A stretch of 64,000 nt of DNA from Lama guanicoe. Its lineage: Eukaryota. Position numbers and translations under genes: made by a program. The stretch lies in contig MU053792.1 in the NCBI GenBank assembly GCA_013239625.1, positions 73,618 to 137,617 on the forward strand, written 5' to 3'. The notes beneath the pieces were generated by a model. That model was not told where the DNA came from and did not search any database. It saw only the letters and a list, made by a program, of their open reading frames with translations. Positions 39,569-50,838 of the stretch are shown piece by piece; the stretch's first letter is position 1; the number at the start of each line of letters is the position of its first letter.

Positions 39569-40196
39569 TGCTGCTGGTGGATGGAACAGGTGTCCAGGTT
39601 CTTGTCCCATCCCAGAAAGAATTCAGAGACAAGACATAGAGGTTAACAAAAGCAAAGTGAGGATTTATTAGAGGATGGATAGTATACTGTCAAGGGGAGA
39701 GCGGGCAGGCTCAGGTGAGTGGCTGCCCTGAGTTTCTTTGGCAGGTTGGTTACACAGGGTGTAGAAACGAATGGTTGGAATATTCATTGGGGAGGGAAGG
39801 GTCTGGGGTCGTATTCTCTGCTTATCATCCCAACTCCACCTTCCCAAAGGGAGGAGGGATTTTTATCCTTATTTAGTCTGGATCGAAGTGTCATGGCGTC
39901 GGTGCACGATGGGTACTTCTGACCTGCAAGGCTAATTTTATTGAAATGAGGGCTTAATGAGCCAAAGGTTACATTTGGACACTGGAAATTCCTGGCTTTT
40001 CTGACCTTTCTTTGTTGGTCTCCAGGCCAAAAGGCGTGGCCCCTTATCAGCCCAAAGGTTCCTGCTTTTCTTCCTCTGCCCAGGGGCCCCTGGTGCTGAC
40101 ATGATGTGTGCTTCCTGCATCTGGCCTGCGCCCCTCCTTTCTGCCCAATTCCTGCTGCTCTCTGTGCTCGTGTCTAGCTATCTGCCTGCTCTGACA
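39569..40196 (-). mobile_element. Solo ERV LTR (flanks ATAG/GTAG)
   Basis: TG..CA termini and a near-TSD with one transition; paralogue of 19671-20330. Confidence 0.88.
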
Positions 40197-41128
40197 GTAG
40201 CAGTGATCATATTTTCAAGGTTCTGCAGAAAGGCCAGGACTCAGTATTAGGTGCCCAATAAAGGTGAAGTAACTCTAAAAAGCCAGAGTATTATATTTAC
40301 AGTTTAAACCAGTTTAAGAAAACCTGTTCCCACCCTAGAGCAAAAAACTCAAAAGAATAAAACTCAAGACATTAAAGCCAACAATTGTGGACAGGACTGA
40401 GTCCAGCCACGTCAATTTGCAGATGAGACAACTATGTGCAGAGAAGCAAAATTATTGGCAGAATGGAACTGGGACTAGGAATTATGTCCCTTCAACCATA
40501 GGCAGTTGATTCTTTCCCCATCATCCCTGCTGACACATAAGAAAAAAAAAAAAAAAAGAAAAGGTCCCAGGAGTTGTCCTGATATAATATCTAGCTTAGC
40601 ACTAAATTCAATAAGCTGCATGATTCATGCACCTTGTTTGGAATGACGTGACAATTCAGAATCCTCGTGTCATTTTCTCCATGAAATACCACATCTATTT
40701 TTTTGAAGACAAAAAAGCCAGCTTTTACATAGCAATAATGCTTTGTACTTAGGCCTCTAATATGAGTAGCATAAAAACATATGTATTTTTTTAATTTAGG
40801 GAAAATTGGATCTCATTTTTGGAAGGAACTTCAACTACTCTCCAAAAAGTATTGCTCAGTTGGCTCCCTTTGACTCTCCAGGAGTCAATGACTAAGGCTG
40901 ACCTTATTCGTATTTTTGAGTTGGAGTATTTTAAAAAATGCATGGATCAAGTTGCCATCTCCTCTTCCTTTTGTTTTTATTTGAATTTTATGAATTTGCT
41001 ACAGGGAAAACCCTCAGCCGTTTCTGTAATAAGAGGAGAGCAAGTCTGACTCCACACTGCATCTGTCCCTTTAGTTCTAACCACTGTGCCCTGTTTTCTA
41101 GGCTCAGTCTTGCCAGCTCTGCACCTTT

Positions 41129-41555
41129 TGTGAAATAATGTTGCCTTTAGCCTGAAATACACAGGAGAGCCTATTTTCAGGGCTCCGACCTTTAAGGATG
41201 TTAGCCCTTCTGCACTTATGTAGAGATGGCAAGTAGCAAACTAGACAATAACCTTTGTTTCATTGGAGGTTTACAGGGACACCATGGCCTGACCCACATG
41301 GACGGCTGTGAGAACACAGAATTCCTGCAGCAAGAAGTTTGCACCAACCAACCAACCACACCTCCTCCCCTATTTTTTTTTGTGTAAAAGGAGCCTGTAT
41401 TCTGACTGGAGCAGGATGGTTCTCCAAGACATTAGTCTGCCAACCTCTCGGTCTGCCGGCTTTCCAAACAAAGTCGCTATTCCTTGCCCCAACACCTCGT
41501 CTCCTAATTTATTGGCCTGTCGTGCGGCGAGCAGAATGAGTTTGGACTCAGCAAC
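41129..41555 (+). mobile_element. Solo ERV1 LTR (MER41/LTR10-like) with TSD CTTT
   Basis: TGTGAAAT...'aaagtcgctattccttgccccaacacctcgtctc..attggcctgtcgtgcggcgagc..ttggactcagcaac'; CTTT on both sides. Confidence 0.85.
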
Positions 41556-42215
41556 CTTTCTTTTGAATCATTTGCATCTTCTCAAGATCTATTATTATTG
41601 CCTCGTTCCACAACCACCACACTCGGGCTGGGATGTTGCTGCTGACTTGGTTTTGTGACTCACATGACACTCATGGCCTGCTGTCCTTCTAGCTCTGCTT
41701 TCCCAGAAATCATCACTGTGTGTCTATCAACATAACACTAACAGTAAGTGATCTTGGCCCAGGCATTAATTTTTTTGCGTAGAGTTAGTCAACATATTTT
41801 TCTTGACAGTAATCTATCTGTAACCTTCAAATATGTTTGCATATTTTTGCATTATTAATTTCCATGTTTGCATGTATGCATATTGTGTTAAAATTTTTAA
41901 AAATATTCTTTAAAAAAGAGATAAATGGTGGTGATTTCTGTCTCTAGCCTACAAAAGCCAGTTCAACTCATAATATAGTTATAGTATAAAACAAATAGAG
42001 TCAGATTTCAGTCCTGAGGGGAGAGGCATTTTCTGTCAAAAGAAAAAAACACATCAGTGAATGGGAGAGACACTGAGGAGAGAGTTTGTTTTCTTCCCTT
42101 TTCCTAGTTTTAGAAATAGCAGTACAGTTCCCACAGTAGTGAAATTTGTCTTTTTTTAACCTATATACTCTCCTTCCAGGGTGCCCTTTATCTAAATGTC
42201 AGAGGTTTTCAGCAA

Positions 42216-42700
42216 CTGTAATAGATTAAAGGTGGACACAAAGTTTTTTACACTTTTCCCATCAGTAGGCGGAATCTAATTCCCTTCCCTTGAATTTGGG
42301 CAGGGATTGTGACACCTTGCCCAACAGAATACTGTGAAAGGAATGCCACTGGTTTTCATGCCCACATTTAAGACACTTAGGCTGGTCCCACGCCAGTCTC
42401 TTGAATACTCATTCTTGGATCCCAGCTGCCATGCTCCGAGGAGGCTCACCCAGTCATTTGGAGAAACCCTTGTAGGAAGGAATGGAGGTGTATGACAGTC
42501 CCAGCTGACAGCCAACATCCATTTTCCAGCCACACGAGTGAGCCTATCTTGGAAAACCCATCTTTCAGCTCCATTAGCCTGAAGCAAAGGAATCAGTGAT
42601 GAGTTCCCCTTACGAACTCCTGCACAAATGGCAGATTAATGGGGAAGACATGATTTTGTGGTTTAAGACAAGAAGTTTTGAGTGTTTTTATGCACCAGAA
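42216..42700 (+). mobile_element. MLT1G/H-like MaLR LTR
   Basis: 'tcccttcccttgaatttgggcagg..cccagctgccatgct..ccagccacacgagtgagcc'. Confidence 0.7.
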
Positions 42701-43369
42701 GAGTGCCCTTTTGTGAGCATATACACACCGGTCAGGCTCGCTGTTTCTGCAAGGGTGTTCCGAGCTCACTTGCACTAAGACACTACATTTTCCACAAAGC
42801 CGCTTCCCCAGGTCAGCGCTCACCTTCTATTAGAGCCAGTGGGCTAATTAGTTGTTAGAAGAAAGCAGAATGATTGAAGTAATTTTGCATTGTCTTGAAT
42901 GACTAATGTGTGTTTAAGCCACTCAGAAAGCTTTAACCAGCAAAATTCCAACAAACAAAAAGAAACTGAAAATAGAGTAGACAACATGGGAAAGGATATT
43001 CTCCGATGGGGTCATAGTTCAGAGTATACAAAATACATCCACTAAATTGAGTAGCGTAGATCAAGAACTCATATCTTGTGTTAGTTACTAGGAAAGGGGC
43101 AACATACATAGGACATTGAGTTGTATTTTAAAATAATCCATTGCTCACACCCATGGCTACTTTGTATGTTTCTTCAAGGTAGGAGTGAAACCTACCTCAT
43201 CCATGTATTTTCCATCCTACCCCGTACAGTGTGTTTTGTACAATTCAGGTGTTCAAGCAATTTTTGTGTGAAATAATTAGTATACTTGTACATTTACCAT
43301 TTGTTTTGATGTCAGAGTGCCCAAATATGAGCTTTCAAAATAAATAAAATTTTTCAAGTTGAAAAAAAT

Positions 43370-46300
43370 ATATATATATTCTTGCCTCTTTATTGCACTG
43401 GCTAAAATATCTAGTACAATGTTGAATACTTGGATAAATTTTAAAATGTAATAATTCCCTTACATTCCTTGAATAACCCCAACTTATTTGTATTCTATGA
43501 TTCTTTTTCTGTATTTCTTGGTTCACTTTGCTCATATTTTATTCAAGTTTTTTAACATCTAAGTTCATGGGTTTGCCTAGGATTATCTTTTTGAAATTTT
43601 CTGGTCAGGTTTTGCTATCAAAGTTAGACTATCCTCATAGAACAAACTGAGGGGGTCCTACCTTTTCCTAGTTTCTGAGATAAAAACGTAGTGTAGCAAT
43701 CATCACTAAAGCAGTCTGGGGCTAAATTTTTAAAGTAGTATATGGTTATTCATAATAAAGACTGTAAAGAAAAAGGATATTCACAGATGATGTTATATTT
43801 GGAAAAACATACAAAAGAATCTATAGATCAATAATGGAAATAATAATTTGGCTTAGAAGATTGATGCATAACAATTTCAATGCGTACAAACTGTAATATT
43901 CAAGAAAAAAGAGAAAATAAAATGTAATGATAAAAATTTTATTTAAAATAGCAAAAAATATGAAACATCAAATACTAAATTTAATAATTTAAGACATCTC
44001 TACAAAAATTATAAAATATTTAAGAATTTTTAGAGAAGAAATTAGTAATGATAGGTACCATGTAAAACTTTTGAAATAAGCCATATGATAATGGTGCAAA
44101 TTTTCCCAAAATTGACCTATAGTTTTAATGCAATTCCAATCAAAATTCTACCAGCTGTATTCATGTGTTTGGCCACAAGCAGATTTTAATGTTCATAAAG
44201 ACTTGTAAAGACACAAAAATAGCTATCATAGTATAGATCAATAAACTGCAGAATAACAGAGAGAGTGCAGAAACAGATCCAGTCTTAAAGGGATACTTGA
44301 AATAACACAAATTGGAACTAAGAAACAGGAAAGGGGAGACATCTCTTTATTATATTTTAAGTTAATGGGATATTCAGATTTTTAATTATGAAATTTGACT
44401 TCTACTTCATACTGTTCTCGAAAGTTAATTCCAAGGAGTTTACAGATAAATTAGCATGAAAGGAAAAAGAACACAACTTCTAGAAATTATACAAGACTAT
44501 TGACATGAAATTCAGGTAGACAGAAAGATTTTTACAAAGAAAACAAAGCACTGTCTATAAATGTAGTCTGATAAATTGAAATTAAAATAAAAAATACAAT
44601 TTTGTTCTACAATTTTGAAATTGTAGAACAGATAAACAAGATTACACTGTATAGCACAGGGAAATATACACAAAATTTTATGATAAATCACAGAGAAAAA
44701 AATGTGACAATGAGTGTGTATATGTCCATGTATGACTGAAAAATTGTACTGAACACTGGAATTTGACACAACACTGTAAAATGATTATGAATCAATAAAA
44801 ATGTTAAAAAAAATAAAAAAAATAAAGTAAAAAAAATAAATAAAATAAAATAAAAAATAAATTAAAATTAACATTAAAATAAAAAACTTGATAAATTCAA
44901 AATATGAGTGAAAAGACAATCTGCAGAGTGGACAAAATAATTCTAACACAAATAACTGACAAAAGGACTTGAATCCTAAATATAGAAAAAGCTTCTAAAA
45001 ATTAATAATGGAATTACCAAAAAAAAACCTATAAAAATGAACATGACACTGGATCAAGCATACTACAAAACAGGATATCTACATGACTGAAAATCTATGA
45101 AGAGATGATCAATCTTATTGGTAATTAGGGGAATGTTAACTAAAACCACAATACTAAAAACCCAGTAGGTGATTAACACTAAAAAGATAGAAGATATGAA
45201 CATTATTAGGATGTGGAGTAACCAGAATCTTCCTGTTCTACTGCTCCAAGATGAAACTAGAATAGTGACATTCAAATCCTCTTTGACCAGTATCTACAAA
45301 CATACATCAGCTTTATCATGATCCAGCAATTCCATTGCTGAGAACAGACTCAGCCAAAGTGATTGGTTAGGTGTATAGACAGACTAGACAGATAGATAGA
45401 TAGATAGGTAGATAAATAGATAGAGTTATATACTAAAAAAAAAAGAATGTTCATAGTACTATTATTTGCAGTAGCCCACACTGGAAACAACCTTACAATA
45501 TAATAGCTCACATGAGAAATGTGCCACAACAGTGATGTGGCCTATTCATATAATTAAAAATTATACAATAATGTGAAAGAATAAACCACTGATGAGTGAA
45601 ACAATATGGGCAAATTTCCCAGATACAATATTGAATGAAATAAACCAAACAGCAGTTCATACTACTTGATTTCATTCACAGTTCAGAAATATAAAAAGTA
45701 ATACAATGCTGGTTATCTCATAAGGCTATGGTAAAGTCTAATAAGAGAAGCAAGGAATTCAGCTAAAACTCTAAAAAACAGATAATTGTAGTGCTATTGA
45801 AACTTTTGCAGTGCACAGAAAAAGGAGGATAAGTTTTAAATTATTCTGTGAATGTAACATTACACTCATAGTAAAGCCGAAGAAAGATTTCACAAGAAAG
45901 AATACCCGTTCCACTTTGGAACGTCAAAGCCAAGTCTCTTCAAAGACGCTGAGATGGTTCAACATTAGAACTCACTCAATATCACAGTGCAAGTTTATGT
46001 AAATAGATGAAAGTATAAAATTTTATTTCTTAATAAAACACAGCATGGTATGTATTCAGCTCTAAGCTGATTACATTTACATCAGTCCCAGAAACAACAG
46101 CAAAAAATGTCAAATTTTATTTAACTAGACAAAGTAAATTTTAAAGTAATGTTAAAAAACAAATCAAGTAGAAAATGTCTGAAAAAGACCAACACTGAAG
46201 GGAAAAAGTAGAGGAATCTATTCTTAGAAAGTATTAAGATATACCATGCAGCCCCAAAACAATGGGGCGTTGCCACAGAACTACACAGACTAATAGGTCA

Positions 46301-47128
46301 GAATAGAAAGTTTAGAAATGAAAACAAATTTCTGAGAAAAAACTTTATGTTTCAGATGACATCTTTCATAAGGGTGAAAAGCTAGACTTTTTAATAAGTG
46401 GTACGCAGAAACAATTTGTTATCTGGAAAAGTACTAAAGTTGGATCAATTCTTCATACTGTATACTAGGAAATATTCAAAACCAATCAAATATGTACATA
46501 AAAAATAAAACAATAGATGTCATAGAAGAAAACACAGAAGAAGTATATTTAATCTCTGAATTAGAAAGGCTTTTCTCCCTAGTACGTAAAAGAAGCATCA
46601 AGAGAAAAATAAACCTGGTCAATTTAGCAACATAAAAATCAAAAGCTTTTGTAGGACAAAAACTCATATACCAATTTGATTAAGTCAACTAAGACAGTTG
46701 AGAAATATGATAAATGGTGATCTTTTAAATACATGGGATTATAGTAGCTCTGAACCCAACAGAAAAATGAACAAAGGACATGAACAGTATGATCACAATG
46801 CAGGAATTATATGTGTGAAGATAATCAGCTGCAGTCATAATAAGAAAAATACAAATGAAAACTAATAAGGTATCATTTATCACCCATCAGATGAATAAAC
46901 ACTTAACAGCTTAATATTGCACTATCATTGAGACGTGTGAAAATACGCACTTTATATTATCTATATTACAATTAGAAAGTAAATATCATTGCTAGGTAGG
47001 GAAACTGGGGATTGTCTTTTAAAATCACAAATACATTTACTCTTGGACTCAGCAGTTACATTTCTAAGAATTCCTAAAAGTGTACTAGCATATTTATGAA
47101 AGGATTATTCAGTGCTGTATTACTGGAA
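43370..47128. mobile_element. Cluster of old degenerate L1 ORF2/3' fragments (mostly + strand)
   Basis: 'ttaatgcaattccaatcaaaatt', 'gatccagcaattccattgct', 'aaggacatgaacag' and similar motifs; short antisense piece at ~43370-43680. Confidence 0.7.
44595..44872 (+). mobile_element. Young short L1 3' end with long A-rich tail and ~14-bp TSD
   Basis: 'attaaaataaaaaa' at 44581-44594 and 44873-44886; body 'tgtatagcacagggaaatatacacaa..tgtccatgtatgactgaaaaattgt'. Confidence 0.85.
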
Positions 47129-49457
47129 TGGGTGCCCAATCCCTTATCCAAAACCTTCAGAATAAATGTGTTAAGGAGTACAGCTTTTGTGTTTGATTTT
47201 AGGAAGATGGCATATGCATGTATTATCTATTACATAAAACCCTCAATAGGATTTGGGGCTGCATCCCCTACCGAAATTATTGCAATGTCTGTAGTGAAAT
47301 ATGTGTACATTCACACTAAGTGGCATATATATATATATATAATATTATATATAAGTATTTAAATAGTATTTTACAAATAGTATTATAGGTTGCTTATGGT
47401 TCTTTTTTAGAGTAGTCTTTTTTAAAGTAGTCGTTTTATAGTTTTTGAAATAATGGAATAAATTTAGACCGGGGTTCTAAAATAAGAGCCTGTGTAAGGA
47501 TCACTTGAAGCCTTATAGAAAGACAAATTACTGGGTCCCAACTTCAGAGTGCATGACTCAGTAGGGTTGGGGTAGGACCTTACAATTTTCGTTTTTATCA
47601 CCTTATCTGGTAATGCTGATGCTGTTGGTTCTAGGCATCACATTTTAAAAACATTGATATAGACCATAAACACTCTATGCTTCTTTTTTCTATAAATAAT
47701 ATTTAACCAAACTCCATTCTAAATATAATGCCTGTACATACACATACACTGGATATTTATTACAAAAGCAAGATGAGGAAAAGTGAACACATTAGCACAG
47801 GCTTTGTAACTAGACTGGAGTTAGGTGTTTGAGGATTGGCCAGAAGCAAATTTCTCAAGTGACCAGTCACACCAGAGCCTTATTCAATCTCTCTGTGGAT
47901 CGCCTGATTAAACACTTCTGGTGTCTTCTGTCTCATTACCATAAGTTTCTTTCCAAGAAGTTTCTGTTTAATTATGTAAACCACTGCAATCTCTTGCTCA
48001 CTGATAAAAGCATGCTGTTTAAGGATACAAATTCAGTTATCAAACATTTTCTTCTAATAAAAAATTTAGTATGTATACAGTTTTCCCATCATTAAGGTAA
48101 TGCACAACAAATGCTTTTTCTTTAACTTTCTACATAATTGATTAACTTTAATCTTGATGGAGTTTAATATCACCTCTTACCATTTTGCAAAAGAATTATT
48201 TAAAGTTTTCATCATTAGAGCTTTTCAAACCATGATTACTAGCCTGATGGCTGTGCCAAGCATTTTTTAATGTTGATTTATCAACATAATTCCAAACATT
48301 AGTGATGGTATACTTGGTGTTCTAGAAATTGAATGCTTTTGGGAAATCTTGAATTCTTCATTCTCTGTTAATTACAACAGCCTTACACATTAAAGTGTGT
48401 CTATACTTGCCCTTCATAGAGTGTAATGGACATATTATAGATGTCCCATTGGTAGAAAATATATTCATCCACAAATAATAACATTTTAAAGTTTCTTTCT
48501 CTGGTTATACTGATCTGAAATGAGTTTGCATGGCTGGTACAAAATTATTTTTGAACCAGTAAAAGGCACAATATATCTAGTTACACTTATTTTCATTTTG
48601 CACAATAATGTACAAATTAATCAAATACACCTTTCAAATATTTTGTTGAGTTTTTCTTATCCCTATCTATTCACCGTCTGTATTCCTACATACCCAAGAG
48701 GAGTTAATATGATTTTCCATTTGTATTACCCACTGGCATTCTCTCCTCTGTTATCATTAAGATGTTTCTAGGAATTAAGCATCATTGTCAAGCTTTTTAT
48801 CTAAATTGTAAATATTTTCAAGACTACATTTTTCATTAAACTATCTCACAAAATTTGTCAAAGTAGATTTTTTCACCATAGATTTCACTGTGGTTCTTCC
48901 CAGTACTTTGAAGTTAACATCCTAAAGATCCACACTCACCTTCATTTTTCATGATCACTTCTAGCTAGTTTCATGGCCAACAAACCAGTTGCTGGTATAG
49001 ATTCACTTCTTATTGTTCTGTCAATACAGTCAACACATGGTTATGTCTTTAATATTTTACCGCATGTAATGTGTCTTTCTGTTTCCCATTTCTTGTTCAT
49101 CATTGTCACAGAGTAAACATAAAACATGCTAATTATCATATCACTCATTCATTTCTGATTGTAACTGCTACCAGAGTAGTGGAATTTATTCTAAATGTAT
49201 TTTCACAGTTTAACTAAAACTAAGATCAAGACATAAGAAAATGTTAAAGAATAACAAATACCAAATAACACATTATCAAAAATGCAATAACATGTCAGCA
49301 AACAGAGGCACATGTGAGCACTGAAGCACAAATGATATTTCCTATCAGTCAAGATTAGGTTTTATGAACAAGTGAGTTCTAGTATAAGCATTATTTTAAA
49401 AATTCATTTTCAGAGAGAATCAGATTTTGAAATATTGGATACGGGAATATGTATCTA
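47129..49457. mobile_element. ~2.3-kb Tigger/pogo transposon with MER46C-like ends and a minus-strand transposase relic
   Basis: Degenerate TIRs 'tgggtgcccaatcccttatcc' and 'ggatacgggaatatgtatcta'. Minus-strand remnants at ~48400-48850: SLENIYNLDK, PRNILMITEE, YLKGV..FVHYCAK, YWFKNNFVPAMQTHFR, LLFVDE, SMKGKYR. Old L1 sequence resumes across the element. Confidence 0.75.
47468..47660. mobile_element. MER5A-like hAT MITE nested in the Tigger element
   Basis: 'tactgggtcccaac..gactcagtagggttgggg..gtaatgctgatgctgttggt'; 'tagac' on both flanks. Confidence 0.7.
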
Positions 49458-50494
49458 CGTAAACAAAAGAATAAAAACTTGAATATTCATCAGTAGGTGT
49501 TTGATTCAATAAATTGTGGAGTGTGCTCTGTGGTGTAAGAGAGTATAACTTTCAAAAAGAATGTGGGATGTTCCTTACATTTTTGTATGAAGATGACCTG
49601 AAGATTTATTATCACATGTGACAAGCAATGCGCTAAGCCATGTTACTAGTCTGTTTAAGTTCCTGTAGAAAAGGAGGAGATAAATACATAAACAGGTATC
49701 CTGCATAGAACTGGTGTACAAGAGGGTGAGGATGGGAGAGAGACTCTTCAGCATCTGCTTTTTTTCCCCTCTTTGGAAGGGTTTTTACTACTTAAATATG
49801 GCCATATGGTTATGTATTTATATTAATTCTACTCAAGAAATTAAATGCTTGAGTGACTGAAAGAGAGTGCTGCTAAGAAAACTGGAAGGCAGGAATATGG
49901 GTCGTGATGTGGATAATAAAAAGTTTATCAAATAAATCTTTAAAAAAGTTTTCAGGACACAGCATATTTTTAACCTTTCCTATTAATTAAATACACAATA
50001 TATTCTAGTAACGAACCTTAAAGCAGATAAGACTACCTTCAGAATTATTATAGGTAAAGAATATATTATATTATTTTATTTGGAGTATTAAATATTTATA
50101 GCGTGGGGCAAAAGGAATCATATTCTGCAGAATAGTTGCTACAGTAACTCCAAGAGGCTGCACACTTACTATCTTCCCAGGAAAATTTCTGAAAAATCTA
50201 CCAGAAATCTCATAGGGTGCATATAGTAGTAGGTTTTGTATAAACCCAACCAAGCACCGGAGGCAGAGTAGGAGCACATTCAGCCTCCCTTCGGAGAACC
50301 CGAGAAGTCACCACGTTCAAGGTTCCCTCCACTGTTTACCTACTCGGCTCTGAGAAAGCCAAACCATTTGCAAACAAATGCATACTCAGAACTACGCTTT
50401 TAAAGGGGACAATGTTAAGTCTCAAAGTGATACAATAAGTAGGAGTGGAATGTGTTTTGGTGTCTACCTCAGATTGACAGTCAATAGACATTCC

Positions 50495-50838
50495 TTTCTT
50501 TTTTTTTTCTTTTTGTATATATATCTTTATGGAAGTACAGTCAGTTTACAATGTTGTGTCAGTTTCTGGTGTCCAGCATAACGCTTCAGTCATACAGGAA
50601 CACGCATATATGTGTTTTCATTCTTTCACTATAAATTACTACAAGATATTGACTATAGTTCCCTGTGCTATACCGTATGAACTTGTTATTTATCGGATTT
50701 TTTTTTATTGCAGTATAGTTGGTTTACAATGTTGTGTCAATCTCTGGTGTACAGCACAATTGTTCAGTCATACATGGATATACATATATTCATTTTCATG
50801 TTATTTTCACCATGAGCTGCTATAAGATATTGAATATA
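50495..50838 (-). mobile_element. Two adjacent short antisense L1 3' ends
   Basis: 'tttacaatgttgtgtca..tctggtgt.cagca..ttcagtcatac' occurs twice (~50545 and ~50723), each preceded by a T-tract. Confidence 0.85.

Noticed and set aside
17439..40196. Possible segmental duplication, since the LTR pair at 17439+19671 recurs in the same order and orientation at 38616+39569
   Set aside because: TSDs differ (AGTG vs GAAG), and the spacers and flanks are unrelated, so these are independent insertions.
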